51,129 bases of DNA from an uncultured Clostridia bacterium (GCA_945836055.1 CAMAKJ010000001.1:1-51129); one strand, 5' to 3'; counted from the first letter of the stretch, positions 24,535 to 35,396 are shown. Notes: a model not told the origin generated them from the sequence alone. Translations and numbers: made by a program.

Positions 24535-26493
24535 ATGTGCGAAAAATGCAAGGGTAATTACTATATTACCACCCCCATCTATTATCCTTCCGCCAAGCTC
24601 CACATCGGCCACGCCTACTGCACCGTGGCGACCGACACCATGGCCCGGTTCAAGCGGCTGCAGGGCTATAACGTCATGTTCCTGACCGGCACCGACGAAC
24701 ACGGCCAGAAAATCGAGGACAAGGCCAAGGCCGCCGGCGTCACCCCCCAGCAGTTCGTGGACAACATTGTCACCGGCGAGCGGGGCGTGCTGGATCTGTG
24801 GAAGCTGATGAACATCTCCTTCGACCGGTTCATCCGCACCACCGACGACTACCACGTCGCCGCCATCCAGAAGATTTTCAAGAGGATGTACGACAACGGC
24901 GACATCTACAAGGGCGTTTACAAGGGCAAATACTGCAAGCCCTGCGAGTCCTTCTGGACGGAGAGCCAGCTGGTTGACGGCAAGTGCCCCGACTGCGGCG
25001 GCGAGGTGCAGGACGCCGAGGAAGAGGCTTACTTCTTCCGCCTGAGCAAGTACGCCGACCGGGTGCAGGATCTGCTGGAGAACACCGACTTCCTGGAGCC
25101 CCGCAGCCGGGTCAATGAGATGGTCAACAACTTCATTAAGCCGGGGCTGGAGGATCTGTGCGTCTCCCGCACCAGCTTCACCTGGGGCGTGCCGGTGGAC
25201 TTTGACCCGGGCCATGTGGTATACGTCTGGATTGATGCGCTGTTCAACTACATGACGGCCTTGGGCTTCGAGAATGACAAGTATGACGATCTGGCAGACT
25301 TCTGGCCCGCGGATGTCCACTTCGTGGGCAAGGAAATCGTCCGCTTCCACTCCATCATCTGGCCCGCCATGCTCATGAGCCTGAATCTGCCCCTGCCCAA
25401 GAAGGTCTATGGCCACGGCTGGCTCCTGCTGGACGGCGGCAAGATGAGCAAATCCAAGGGCAACGTTGTTGACCCCTATGTCCTGGCGGAGCGGTTCGGC
25501 GTGGACGCCCTGCGGTTCTTCCTGCTGCGCTCCTTCCCCTTCGGCTCCGACGGCAATTTCTCCAACGAGTCGCTAATCAACACCATCAATGTTGACCTGG
25601 CCAACGACCTGGGCAACCTGGTCTCCCGCACCGTCGCAATGGCCCAGAAGTATTTTGGGGAGCGCCTGCCGGAAACGCAGACTGCTGACGACGAAAAGGA
25701 CGCTGAGCTGCTTGCCTTGGTTTCCTCCCTGCGGGACAAATATGAGGAGCAGATGGAGAAGTTCGCTTTCCAGAATGCCCTGGCAGAGGTTTTCAAGGTC
25801 ATCTCCCGTGCCAACAAGTATATTGATGAAAACGCCCCCTGGGTGCTGGCAAAGAGCCAGGAGCTTAAGCCCCGTCTGGCTCGGGTTCTCTACAACCTGC
25901 TGGAAACCATCCGCGTCTGCGGCGGCTTGCTGACACCCTTCATGCCTGACACCGCTGCCGAGATCGCCCGCCGTCTGGGCGGCGCCCGGATGGACTGGGA
26001 CAGCCTGAACGGGTTCGGCGTCCTTCCCGCCGACGCGGCAACCGTGGCCGGATCTGCCCTGTTCCCCAGAATCGACGTGGAGAAGGAACTGGCGGCTCTG
26101 GAGGAACTGAACAAGCCCGCCGTCCCGGCGCTGGAAATCGAGCCGTATTCCGAGGAAAAGGTGGATTTCGACACCTTCTGCAAGTCCGATCTCCGGGCGG
26201 TGAAGGTCAAGGACTGCAAGAGTGTGAAGAAGAGCGATAAGCTCCTGTGCTTCACCCTGGACGACGGCACCGGCACCGACCGGCAGATCCTCTCCGGCAT
26301 TGCCAAATACTACAAGCCCGAGGAACTGGTGGGCAAGACCCTGGTCGCCATCACCAATCTGCCCCCCCGGAAGATGATGGGCAAGGAGAGCAACGGTATG
26401 CTCCTGTCCGCCGTCCACACGGAGAAGGGCGAGGAGAAGCTGAACCTGGTCATGGTCAGCGACGCCATCCCCGCCGGCGCGAAGCTGTGCTGA
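24535..26493 (+). CDS. metG: Methionyl-tRNA synthetase with C-terminal tRNA-binding domain
   Basis: YITTPIYY, HIGH, GTDEHG, YVWIDAL, KMSKS, OB-fold tail; AGGAGG before ATG 24535. Confidence 0.98.
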   Translation: MCEKCKGNYYITTPIYYPSAKLHIGHAYCTVATDTMARFKRLQGYNVMFLTGTDEHGQKIEDKAKAAGVTPQQFVDNIVTGERGVLDLWKLMNISFDRFIRTTDDYHVAAIQKIFKRMYDNGDIYKGVYKGKYCKPCESFWTESQLVDGKCPDCGGEVQDAEEEAYFFRLSKYADRVQDLLENTDFLEPRSRVNEMVNNFIKPGLEDLCVSRTSFTWGVPVDFDPGHVVYVWIDALFNYMTALGFENDKYDDLADFWPADVHFVGKEIVRFHSIIWPAMLMSLNLPLPKKVYGHGWLLLDGGKMSKSKGNVVDPYVLAERFGVDALRFFLLRSFPFGSDGNFSNESLINTINVDLANDLGNLVSRTVAMAQKYFGERLPETQTADDEKDAELLALVSSLRDKYEEQMEKFAFQNALAEVFKVISRANKYIDENAPWVLAKSQELKPRLARVLYNLLETIRVCGGLLTPFMPDTAAEIARRLGGARMDWDSLNGFGVLPADAATVAGSALFPRIDVEKELAALEELNKPAVPALEIEPYSEEKVDFDTFCKSDLRAVKVKDCKSVKKSDKLLCFTLDDGTGTDRQILSGIAKYYKPEELVGKTLVAITNLPPRKMMGKESNGMLLSAVHTEKGEEKLNLVMVSDAIPAGAKLC

Positions 26494-26514
26494 ACCGCCG
26501 ATAACCAACAAATC

Positions 26515-26548
26515 AACGCCCTGACTTCCTTTGAAGTCAGGGCGTTTT
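26515..26548. terminator. Terminator between convergent metG and pyrB
   Basis: aacgccctgacttc-cttt-gaagtcagggcgtttt. Confidence 0.85.
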
Positions 26549-26549
26549 G

Positions 26550-27632
26550 TCATGCTCTCTGCTCGCAGTAGACGCACCGGTGGATATCCGCCGCCCTGTC
26601 GGTGCAGCGGAACAGCTGGGGCAGCTCCTGCTCGGTCTGGGTGATGCACTTGGGGTTGTGGCAGACCCGGTTGTATTCCAGACCAGTGGTGTCGATGGCC
26701 TCTTTTTCCGGACGCGCCTGAGCATCCTCCAGCAGCTTCAGTATCAGGGCCATGCGCATATACTTGCCGTTCAGCGCCTGACGGAAATAGGCGGCTCTGG
26801 GGTCGTCGTCTACCTTGACGCTGATCTCGTTCACCCGGGGCAGGGGATGCAGGACGCACATTTTCTCCTTTGCCAGCTTCATCTTTTCCGGGTTCAGAAC
26901 ATAGGTATCCTTCAGCCGCTCGTACTCCCAGGGATCGTCGAAGCGCTCCCGCTGGATGCGGGTCATGTACAGCACGTCCAGGGCGGGCATGGCTTCCTCC
27001 AGAGAGGTCGTTTCCGTGTAGGGAATGCCCTGGTTTTCAAACACATTGTACCGGATAAACCCGGGAATCCGCAGCTCTGCCGGGGAAATCAGAACAAATT
27101 TGATGCCTTCGTAGCGGCTCATGGCCTCGATGAGGGAGTGCACCGTCCGGCCATATTTCAAATCGCCGCACAGACCGATGGTCAAATTGTTCAGCCGCCC
27201 CATTTCCCGGGAAATGGTCAGAAGATCGGCCAGGGTCTGGGTGGGGTGGTTGTGGCCGCCGTCTCCGGCGTTGATGACGGGGATGGTGGCCGCCTGGGAG
27301 GCCACATAGGGCGCGCCCTCCCTGGGGTGGCGCATGGCGATGATGTCGGCGTAGCAGCTGACGATTTTCGCGGTGTCCGCCACGCTTTCGCCCTTGGAGG
27401 CGGAGGAGGAGCTGGCTTCGCTGAAGCCGATGACGCTGCCCCCCAGCTCCAGCATGGCGGCCTCAAAGCTGAGGCGGGTGCGGGTGGAGGGCTCAAAGAA
27501 CAGAGTCGCCAGCTTTTTGTGGGCGCATTTGTCCCAGTAGGCCTCCGGATGGTCGATGATGTCCCGGGCGGTGGCGATGAGCCCGTCCAGCTCTTCCACG
27601 CTCAGGTCCAGAATGCTGATGACGCTTCTCAT
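26550..27632 (-). CDS. pyrB: Aspartate carbamoyltransferase catalytic chain with fused PyrI-like zinc domain
   Basis: [36 protein letters not shown]; tail CHNPKCIT...RCVYCE. Confidence 0.96.
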   Translation of the reverse strand: MRSVISILDLSVEELDGLIATARDIIDHPEAYWDKCAHKKLATLFFEPSTRTRLSFEAAMLELGGSVIGFSEASSSSASKGESVADTAKIVSCYADIIAMRHPREGAPYVASQAATIPVINAGDGGHNHPTQTLADLLTISREMGRLNNLTIGLCGDLKYGRTVHSLIEAMSRYEGIKFVLISPAELRIPGFIRYNVFENQGIPYTETTSLEEAMPALDVLYMTRIQRERFDDPWEYERLKDTYVLNPEKMKLAKEKMCVLHPLPRVNEISVKVDDDPRAAYFRQALNGKYMRMALILKLLEDAQARPEKEAIDTTGLEYNRVCHNPKCITQTEQELPQLFRCTDRAADIHRCVYCEQRA

Positions 27633-28285
27633 GCCTTGCCTCCGTTCACGGCCAGATAGTTTCTGATCCGGGCGACGTGCTCGGCATTGGCGGGATTCTC
27701 TTCCAGGTACTCGATGATGTCGTATACATCCACCACGGAGTAGACCGGGAAGCCGAATTCCTCCTCAACCTCCTGCATGGCCAGCTTTTCGCCCTTGCCC
27801 CGCTCCTTGCGGTCCACCATGATGAAGGTGGCGGCCACCTTCACGCCCTCCAAATGGCTTAAGATCGCCATGCTCTCCCGGATAGCGGTGCCGGCGGTGA
27901 TGACATCCTCCACGATGACCACTTCCTCACCCGGCTGGGGCACATAGCCCACGAACACGCCGCCCTCGCCGTGATCCTTGGCCTCCTTGCGGTTGAAGAA
28001 GAAGGGAACGTTCAGGCCGTCCCGGCTCAGGGCCACGGCGGCGGACACGGCGATGGAGATGCCCTTGTAGGCAGGGCCGTAGAGGACGGCCTTTTTGTCG
28101 CCCAGCTTTTCACGGTAGGCCCGGGCGTAGAATTCGCCCAGGGTTGCGATTTCGTCGCCGGTTTTGATCATGCCGGCATTGATGAAATAGGGGATTTTCC
28201 GGCCGGATTTGGCGGTGAAGTCGCCGAATTTCAAAACCCCGGCCTTTTCCAGAAACTGAATAAACTCGCGCTTATAGCTTTCCAT
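27629..28285 (-). CDS. pyrE: Orotate phosphoribosyltransferase
   Basis: [40 protein letters not shown]. Confidence 0.96.
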   Translation of the reverse strand: MESYKREFIQFLEKAGVLKFGDFTAKSGRKIPYFINAGMIKTGDEIATLGEFYARAYREKLGDKKAVLYGPAYKGISIAVSAAVALSRDGLNVPFFFNRKEAKDHGEGGVFVGYVPQPGEEVVIVEDVITAGTAIRESMAILSHLEGVKVAATFIMVDRKERGKGEKLAMQEVEEEFGFPVYSVVDVYDIIEYLEENPANAEHVARIRNYLAVNGGKA

Positions 28286-28313
28286 GATGCAGTCTCCTTT
28301 ATGCAAATGTATC

Positions 28314-28339
28314 GTAGGGGGCGGCATCCCTGACGCCCC
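28314..28339 (+). repeat. Single GTAG-type REP between pyrF and pyrE
   Basis: GTAG followed by the hairpin ggggcggca-tccc-tgacgcccc. Confidence 0.6.
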
Positions 28340-28355
28340 TCACATGGGAAGAGAT

Positions 28356-29054
28356 TCAGTCGCAGAATTCCGCCACGCACCGCTCATAGGCGGCAACGGG
28401 GTCAGCGGCGGCGGTGATGGGACGGCCCACCACAATGTAGTCCGAGCCGATGGCCTTGGCGGCGGCCGGGGTCATCACCCGCTTCTGATCGCCCACGTCC
28501 CCGTCGGCAAAGCGGACGCCGGGGGTGACGGTGAGGAAATTCTGACCGCAGCGCTCGTGCACCTTTCCCGCCTCCAGGGGGGAGCAGACCACGCCGTCCA
28601 GCCCGGCGTTCTTCGCAGTTTCGGCGTAGTGCATCACCACCCGGTCGATGGGCTCATGGATGAGCAGATCGCGTTCCATGGCCTGCTGATCGGTGGAGGT
28701 CAGCTGGGTGACGGCAATCAACAGGGGGCGGGTGCCGTCGGGACGGGTCAGGCCCTCCAGAGCGGCCTTCATCATGGCGGTGGTGCCGGCGGCGTGGAGG
28801 TTGGTGATGTCCACGTCCAGATTCCGCAGCACGGACATGGCTTTCTTCACGGTGTTGGGAATGTCGTGGAGCTTTAAGTCGAGGAAAATCTTGTGTCCCC
28901 GGGCCTTGATTTCCCGGACAATAGCGGGGCCTTCCGCGTAGTACAGCTCCATGCCGATTTTCACGAAGGGCTTCCGGCCGGTGAACTTGTCCAGGAATGC
29001 GAAGGTCGCCTCAGCGGAAGAAAAATCGCAGGCAACAATGACGTCCTTACCCAT
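28356..29054 (-). CDS. pyrF: Orotidine-5'-phosphate decarboxylase
   Basis: [43 protein letters not shown]. Confidence 0.97.
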   Translation of the reverse strand: MGKDVIVACDFSSAEATFAFLDKFTGRKPFVKIGMELYYAEGPAIVREIKARGHKIFLDLKLHDIPNTVKKAMSVLRNLDVDITNLHAAGTTAMMKAALEGLTRPDGTRPLLIAVTQLTSTDQQAMERDLLIHEPIDRVVMHYAETAKNAGLDGVVCSPLEAGKVHERCGQNFLTVTPGVRFADGDVGDQKRVMTPAAAKAIGSDYIVVGRPITAAADPVAAYERCVAEFCD

Positions 29055-29965
29055 TAGTGTGCGCCTCCTATGATGTCTTTCAGATTTTGAATTTTGTATT
29101 TTTCCATGACGCCGGGCAGGTCCCGGATGATGTCCCGGCAGGCGTAGGGATTGACCAGATTGGCGGCGCCTACCTCCACAGCGGAAGCGCCTGCCAGCAG
29201 CATTTCCACCACGTCCTCCGCGCTGGAAACGCCGCCCATGCCAACAACGGGGATGCTCACGGCGGAGGCCACCTGATAGACCATCCGCAGCGCCACCGGG
29301 AACACGGCGGGGCCGGAGAAGCCGCCCATTTTGTTGGCGATTACCGGCTTTCGGGTGCGCAGGTCGATGCGCATGCCAAGCAGGGTGTTAATCAGGCTGA
29401 TGCCGTCGGCGCCCGCATCCTCGCAGGCCCGGGCGATGGACACGATATCCGTAACGTTGGGAGAAAGCTTGATAATGACGGGCTTGGTGGTGACCTTTTT
29501 AACCGCGGCCGTCACCTCCGCCGCAGCTTCCGGGCAGGTGCCGAAGCTCATGCCGCCGCCGTGGACGTTGGGGCAGCTGACGTTGACCTCCAGCCAGCCC
29601 ACCTGATCCTCTTTGTCCAGTTTTTCGCAGGTGTAGGCGTAGTCCGCCACGGAAAAGCCGGAGACGTTGGCCATGACCGGCTTGTGAAAGCATTTTTTCA
29701 GCTTGGGCAGTTCCTCCGCAATGACCTTGTCCACGCCGGGGTTCTGCAGTCCCACGGCGTTGATCATGCCGGCGGTGCACTCGGCAATGCGGGGGGTGGG
29801 GTTGCCGAAGCGGGGCTCTTTTGTGGTGCCCTTAAAGCTGAAGGTGCCGAGGATGTTAATGTCGTACAGCTCGGCGAACTCGTAGCCGTAGCCGAAGGTG
29901 CCGGAGGCGGGGATGATGGGGTTATCCAGCTCGATGCCGCAGAGATTGACGCTCAGCGATCCCAT
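29054..29965 (-). CDS. pyrD: Dihydroorotate dehydrogenase family 1B, catalytic subunit
   Basis: [39 protein letters not shown]. Confidence 0.96.
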   Translation of the reverse strand: MGSLSVNLCGIELDNPIIPASGTFGYGYEFAELYDINILGTFSFKGTTKEPRFGNPTPRIAECTAGMINAVGLQNPGVDKVIAEELPKLKKCFHKPVMANVSGFSVADYAYTCEKLDKEDQVGWLEVNVSCPNVHGGGMSFGTCPEAAAEVTAAVKKVTTKPVIIKLSPNVTDIVSIARACEDAGADGISLINTLLGMRIDLRTRKPVIANKMGGFSGPAVFPVALRMVYQVASAVSIPVVGMGGVSSAEDVVEMLLAGASAVEVGAANLVNPYACRDIIRDLPGVMEKYKIQNLKDIIGGAH

Positions 29966-30690
29966 AAAATCTCCTCCTTTTTCATAACGGGGCCGTCCTT
30001 GCAGATGCGCTTGCAGCCGGTGAGGGTCTTGCAGGAGCAGCCCATGCAGGCGCCGAAGCCGCAGCCCATCCGCTCTTCAAAGCTCATCTGCCCGGAGGTG
30101 ACGGTTGCCTTGTAGATGGCCTTCAGCATGGGTTCGGGGCCGCAGGTGTAGAAGTAGGAATAGTCCAGATCGGTAAGGGGGGTGGTGGCAAAGCCCTTGA
30201 CACCGCAGCTGCCGTCGGCGGTGGCGACGATGACCCGGCAGCCCAGCGCCCGGAATTCTTCTTCGTAGAAAACCTCGTTTCCGGTGTTGAAGCCCAGAAT
30301 CACCGTCACATCCTTGCCCATGGCGGTGAGCCTTTTCGCCAGATGGTACAGCGGCGGCACGCCCACGCCGCCCCCCAGCAGCACGGGCTTATCCCCGGCG
30401 GGAGTCAGATCGTAGCCGTTGCCAAGGCCGGTGAGGATGTCCAGCTCTTCCCCCGGAACCATCCGGGACATCATTTCCGTACCCTTGCCCACCACCTTAT
30501 AAACGAGGGTGAGGCTGGTTTTGTCGTAGTCGCAGACAGAAATGGGGCGGCGGAGAAACTTCCCGGCGAGCTGTATACTGACAAACTGCCCCGGGGCGGT
30601 GATGGCGGAGGTGTCACCGGACAGCACCATTTTATAAACGCAGTCCGTCAGAGGGACGTTGGTGAGAATGCGGAAAATACTCTGTTTCAT
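29953..30690 (-). CDS. pyrK: Dihydroorotate dehydrogenase electron-transfer subunit
   Basis: LRRPIS, GGGVGVPP, CGPEPM, EERMGCGFGACMGC. Confidence 0.96.
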   Translation of the reverse strand: MKQSIFRILTNVPLTDCVYKMVLSGDTSAITAPGQFVSIQLAGKFLRRPISVCDYDKTSLTLVYKVVGKGTEMMSRMVPGEELDILTGLGNGYDLTPAGDKPVLLGGGVGVPPLYHLAKRLTAMGKDVTVILGFNTGNEVFYEEEFRALGCRVIVATADGSCGVKGFATTPLTDLDYSYFYTCGPEPMLKAIYKATVTSGQMSFEERMGCGFGACMGCSCKTLTGCKRICKDGPVMKKEEILWDR

Positions 30691-30804
30691 GATTTCTCCT
30701 TAGCAGTCATTGGGCGGCGGCAGGTACGGTGATACCCCCTGCCCACCCATTGGCGTTGGTTTCCGGACGGCGTTCGCAACGCATTGCCGGCGGGCACTGC
30801 CCGC

Positions 30805-33800
30805 TTAAGCGTCTACCGTAGAAATGGTCAGCGTGGTCTCTTCCAGCACGTCCAGCAGGACGCGGATGGTGTCCAGGGCGGTGAAGAGGGTCACATTGTG
30901 CTCCGTGGCAATCTGACGGATGCGGATGCCGTCCCGCTCGCTGGAGCCGGGGGTGCGGGTGTTGATGACGTAGGCAATGTGTCCCTGACGCAGGGCGTTG
31001 GGGATTTCGTCGCTGCCGTCGCTGATTTTCCCCAGAATGTGGGTGCGGATGCCGTTCTCCCGGAGAAACAGCGCCGTGCCGGCGGTGGCCTCGATGTTGA
31101 AGCCCAGACGATAGAACCGGCGGATCAGAGGAAGCGCTTCCTGCTTATCCTTGTCGGCGACGGTGACGAACACGGTGCCGTAGTTCTGCAGCTTCATGCC
31201 GGAGGCCTGGAGGGCTTTATACAGGGCGCGGGTCATGGTGCGGTCGTAGCCGATGGCTTCGCCGGTGGACTTCATTTCCGGCGTCAGGTAGGCATCCAGA
31301 CCCCGGATCTTGTTGAAGGAGAACACGGGCGCTTTGACGTACCAGCGTTCCTTTTCCTTGGGGTAAATGTCGAAGAAGCCCTGTTCCTTCAGACTCAGGC
31401 CCAAAATCACGTCGGTGGCGATGTCCGCCAGGCTATAGCCCGTGGACTTGCTCAGGAAGGGCACCGTGCGGGAGGAACGGGGATTGACCTCGATAACGAA
31501 CACGTTGTCATTCTTGTCCACGATGAACTGGACGTTGAACAGACCCACAATGCCGATGCCCAGGCCCAGCTTTTTGGCATACTGAAGAATGATTCCTTTG
31601 ACCTTGTCGGAGATGGAGAAGGAGGGATACACGGAGATGGAGTCGCCGGAGTGGACGCCGGTGCGTTCCACCAGCTCCATAATGCCGGGGACGAACACGT
31701 CCCGGCCGTCGCAGATGGCGTCGATTTCCACTTCCCGGCCCTCGATATACTTGTCCACCAGAATGGGCTTGTCGTCGCTGATTTCCACGGCGGATTTCAG
31801 GTACTGCCGCAGCTGCTTCTCGTTGGAGACAATCTCCATAGCCCGGCCGCCCAGCACGAAGCTGGGGCGCACCAGAACGGGGTAGCCGATTTCCCTAGCG
31901 GCGGCGATGCCGTCCTCGATGTTGGTGACAGCCTTGCCCTTGGGCTGGGGAATGTTCAGGGACAGCAGGAGCTTTTCAAAGGAATCCCGGTTTTCCGCCC
32001 GGTCGATGGCTTCACAGCCGGTGCCGATGATCTTCACGCCCCGGTCGGCAAGGGGCTGGGCCAGATTGATGGCGGTCTGACCGCCCAGGGTAGCAATCAC
32101 GCCGTCGGGCTTCTCGAAGTCGATGATGTTCATCACGTCTTCGGGGGTCAGCGGCTCAAAGTACAGCTTGTCGGCGGTGGTGTAGTCGGTGGATACGGTT
32201 TCCGGGTTGTTGTTGATGATGATGGCCTCGTAGCCCGCCTTTTTGATGGTCATGACGGCGTGGACGGTGGAGTAGTCGAATTCCACGCCCTGGCCGATGC
32301 GGATGGGGCCGGCGCCCAGCACCACGATTTTCTTTTTGTTTGTCAGGCGGGAGGCATTTTCCCCGGTATAGGAGGAGTAGAAGTAGGGGATATAGGCCCC
32401 GGTGTGGCAGGTGTCCACCATGCGGAAGACGGGGGACAGCTTGTGCTCCCGGCGGAAGTAGGAAACCTCCTGCTCCGTGCACTTCCACAGGCGGGCGACG
32501 TACTTGTCGCTGAAGCCCATTTTCTTGGCATCCAGCAGGGTTTCCGCGTCCCGGACATGGCGCTTCAGGGTTTCCTCCATGTCCACAATGCGCTTGATGG
32601 CGTTCAGGAAGTACACGTCAATGTCGGTCAGCTCGTGGATTTTTTCCACGGTGACGCCCCGGTAAACAATCTCCGCAATGGCGAAAATGTTGTCGGAACG
32701 GAACTTGCTGATGTATTCCAGCAGCTCCTGGGTGGTCATATCGTCAAATTTGTGGTGGTAGATGTGGTTCGCGCCCACCTCCAGAGAGCGGATGCCCTTG
32801 AGCAGGGATTCCTCCAGATTGGCGCCGATGCCCATAACCTCGCCGGTGGCCATCATCTGGGTGCCCAGAATGTTGACGGCGGAGGTGAACTTGTCGAAGG
32901 GGAACCGGGGCAGCTTGGTGATAACGTAGTCCAGCTGTGGCTCAAAGGAAGCGTTGGTGTTGGCAATCCGGATGTCCTCCAGAGCCATGCCCACGGCAAT
33001 CTTGGCGGTGACCCGGGCGATGGGGTAGCCGGAGGCCTTGGAGGCCAGGGCGGAGGAACGGGACACCCGGGGGTTGACCTCGATTAGGTAGTATTTGGAG
33101 GAATTGGGGTCCAGGGCGAACTGGACGTTGCAGCCGCCCTCCACCTTCAGCGCCCGGATGATCTTGATGGCGGAGTCGTTGAGCATCTTCTGGTCGTGGT
33201 CGCTGAGGGTCATAATGGGAGCCACCACCATGCTGTCGCCGGTGTGGACGCCCACGGGGTCGATGTTCTCCATGCCGCAGATGGTGATGGCATGGTCGTT
33301 GGAGTCCCGCATGACCTCAAACTCGATTTCCTTGTAGCCCTTGACGGACTTCTCAATCAGAACCTGATGGACAGGGGAGAGGCTGAAGGCGTTGAGGCCG
33401 ATTTCTTCCAGCTCCGCCTCGTTGTAGGCAAAGCCGCCGCCGGTGCCGCCCAGGGTAAAAGCGGGGCGCAGCACCACGGGATAGCCGATGCGCTTGGCTG
33501 CAGCCTTGGCCTCCTCCAGAGAGTAGGAGATTTCGGAGGGAATCACCGGTTCGCCGATGGACTGGCACAGCTCCTTAAAGAGCTCCCGGTCCTCCGCCTG
33601 CTCAATGGAGCGGCTGGAGGTGCCCAGCAGCTTGACCCGGCACTCCTTCAGAACGCCCTTCTTTTCCAGCTGCATGGCGAGGTTCAGTCCCGTCTGACCG
33701 CCGATGCCGGGGATGATGGCATCGGGACGCTCGTAGCGGATGATCTTTGCCACATATTCCAGGGTCAGCGGCTCCATGTAGACCTTGTCGGCGATCATGG

Positions 33801-33972
33801 TATCGGTCATGATGGTGGCGGGGTTACTGTTGCACAGCACAACCTCGTAGCCCTCTTCCTTCAGAGCCAGACAGGCCTGGGTGCCGGCGTAGTCGAACTC
33901 CGCGGCCTGCCCGATGACGATGGGGCCGGAGCCAATGATCAGAATTTTTTTGATGTCGGTTCTCTTAGGCAT
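30805..33972 (-). CDS. carB: Carbamoyl-phosphate synthase large subunit
   Basis: GSGPIVIGQAAEFDYAG, EVNPRVSRSS, second ATP-grasp GAGPIRIGQGVEFDY, MKSTGE, MGS domain. Confidence 0.98.
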   Translation of the reverse strand: MPKRTDIKKILIIGSGPIVIGQAAEFDYAGTQACLALKEEGYEVVLCNSNPATIMTDTMIADKVYMEPLTLEYVAKIIRYERPDAIIPGIGGQTGLNLAMQLEKKGVLKECRVKLLGTSSRSIEQAEDRELFKELCQSIGEPVIPSEISYSLEEAKAAAKRIGYPVVLRPAFTLGGTGGGFAYNEAELEEIGLNAFSLSPVHQVLIEKSVKGYKEIEFEVMRDSNDHAITICGMENIDPVGVHTGDSMVVAPIMTLSDHDQKMLNDSAIKIIRALKVEGGCNVQFALDPNSSKYYLIEVNPRVSRSSALASKASGYPIARVTAKIAVGMALEDIRIANTNASFEPQLDYVITKLPRFPFDKFTSAVNILGTQMMATGEVMGIGANLEESLLKGIRSLEVGANHIYHHKFDDMTTQELLEYISKFRSDNIFAIAEIVYRGVTVEKIHELTDIDVYFLNAIKRIVDMEETLKRHVRDAETLLDAKKMGFSDKYVARLWKCTEQEVSYFRREHKLSPVFRMVDTCHTGAYIPYFYSSYTGENASRLTNKKKIVVLGAGPIRIGQGVEFDYSTVHAVMTIKKAGYEAIIINNNPETVSTDYTTADKLYFEPLTPEDVMNIIDFEKPDGVIATLGGQTAINLAQPLADRGVKIIGTGCEAIDRAENRDSFEKLLLSLNIPQPKGKAVTNIEDGIAAAREIGYPVLVRPSFVLGGRAMEIVSNEKQLRQYLKSAVEISDDKPILVDKYIEGREVEIDAICDGRDVFVPGIMELVERTGVHSGDSISVYPSFSISDKVKGIILQYAKKLGLGIGIVGLFNVQFIVDKNDNVFVIEVNPRSSRTVPFLSKSTGYSLADIATDVILGLSLKEQGFFDIYPKEKERWYVKAPVFSFNKIRGLDAYLTPEMKSTGEAIGYDRTMTRALYKALQASGMKLQNYGTVFVTVADKDKQEALPLIRRFYRLGFNIEATAGTALFLRENGIRTHILGKISDGSDEIPNALRQGHIAYVINTRTPGSSERDGIRIRQIATEHNVTLFTALDTIRVLLDVLEETTLTISTVDA

Positions 33973-34055
33973 TTTTCGATATCCTCCAAATAATATTGTC
34001 TAATGATATTACGGAAACGGTTCCCATAGGGGTGCCCCCGCGCGGGCGCTGCTTG

Positions 34056-35273
34056 TTACTGCTTCCCGGTGTCTTCCCGATACACAACCTTACCGCCGCA
34101 GACCGTTGCCATGCACTTGCCGTTTACGTTCCAGCCGGCAAAGGGGGTGGCGCGGCCTTTGGACAGAAACTGCGCCGGGTCGATGGTATATTCGGCGTTT
34201 AAGTCCCACACGCTGTAGTCTTCCCCAAGGGGCAGGCCGAACCGCTTCCGGGGATTGACGCAAAGCAACTCCACCAGCCGGTCCAGGGTCACAATTCCGG
34301 GCTTTACCAGATAGGTGTACAAAACGGGGAAGGCCGTCTCCAGCCCCACAATGCCGAAAGCGCTTTTTTCCAGCCCCCGGGACTTTTCCCCGGCAGAGTG
34401 GGGGGCGTGGTCGGTGGCAATCATGTCGATGGTGCCGTCCAGGATGCCCTGCACCAGCGCCTCCCGGTCCTCTTTGCCCCGCAGAGGCGGGTTCATTTTG
34501 AACCGGCCGTCCTCCTGGAGGTCACTGTCGTCCATCGTAAGGTAGTGGGGGCCGGTTTCGCAGGTCACGTCCAGCCCGTCGGCTTTGGCCTTGCGGATCA
34601 GCGCCACGCTTTCCCTGGCGGAGACGTGGCAGACGTGGTAGGCGCAGCCGGTTTTTTTCACCAGCTCCAAGTCCCTGGCAATCTGCCCCCACTCGCTTTC
34701 GGAGCAGATGCCCCGGTGGCCGTGCCGCTTTGCGTAGGCTCCGTCGTGGATATAGCCGCCCCGGAGCAGAGAGTTGACCTCGCAGTGGGCGACGATGGGC
34801 TTGCCCAGGGCCTTGGCCCGGCGCATGGCCTGCTCCATCATTTCGTCACTCTGTACGCCCCGGCCGTCGTCGGAAAAGCCGGCAACCCCCGGCGCCATGC
34901 CTTCCAGATCGGCAAGGGCTTCCCCCTTCTCACCTACGGTGATAGCGCCGTAGGGATAGACGTGGATACAGGCGTCGGTGTCAATAATCGCTTGCTGTAT
35001 TTTCAGGTTGGGTACGCTGTCCGGCACCGGGTTCAGGTTGGGCATGGTGCACACGGCGGTGTAGCCGCCCCGGGCGGCGGCCCGGCTTCCTGTGGCAATG
35101 GTCTCCTTATAAGAAAATCCCGGCTCTCTGAAATGCACATGCACGTCACAAAAGCCGGGAAAAATCACAAATTCAGGAGAATTGAAACAGGAAAGGGCGG
35201 AAACGGAAGCACCGACGGAAAACACGGATCCCAGGGAAGCGGAAACAACCTTGGCTTTGATCTGATCCGTCAT
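34056..35273 (-). CDS. pyrC: Dihydroorotase
   Basis: PGFCDVHVHFREPG, MPNLNP, FSDDG, KMNPPLR, ATDHAPH; GAAAGGAG SD before 35273. Confidence 0.95.
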   Translation of the reverse strand: MTDQIKAKVVSASLGSVFSVGASVSALSCFNSPEFVIFPGFCDVHVHFREPGFSYKETIATGSRAAARGGYTAVCTMPNLNPVPDSVPNLKIQQAIIDTDACIHVYPYGAITVGEKGEALADLEGMAPGVAGFSDDGRGVQSDEMMEQAMRRAKALGKPIVAHCEVNSLLRGGYIHDGAYAKRHGHRGICSESEWGQIARDLELVKKTGCAYHVCHVSARESVALIRKAKADGLDVTCETGPHYLTMDDSDLQEDGRFKMNPPLRGKEDREALVQGILDGTIDMIATDHAPHSAGEKSRGLEKSAFGIVGLETAFPVLYTYLVKPGIVTLDRLVELLCVNPRKRFGLPLGEDYSVWDLNAEYTIDPAQFLSKGRATPFAGWNVNGKCMATVCGGKVVYREDTGKQ

Positions 35274-35292
35274 ACTGTTCTCCTTTCTGCTG

Positions 35293-35383
35293 AAAAAAAC
35301 GCCCTGCCGAAAAAGCGGCAAGACGGGCGGCGAGCCGCTGAACTTATCTCATGAATTTTATCATGGTCTCGGACTGTTGTCAA
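35293..35383 (-). promoter_or_regulatory. pyr operon promoter and short leader attenuator
   Basis: TTGACA(35383-35378)-17 nt-TAAAAT(35360-35355), then a GC hairpin with a 7-U tract (35329-35293) before the pyrC SD. Confidence 0.75.
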
Positions 35384-35396
35384 CAGGGAAATTGCA

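Noticed and set aside
30705-30804. GC-rich hairpins between carB and pyrK
   Set aside because: Imperfect, no U-tract and no second copy in the window; cannot assign a function.
35364-35376. AGTCCGAGACC as a PyrR-binding loop
   Set aside because: Poor match to the consensus, and it lies within the promoter spacer so it would not be in the pyr transcript.
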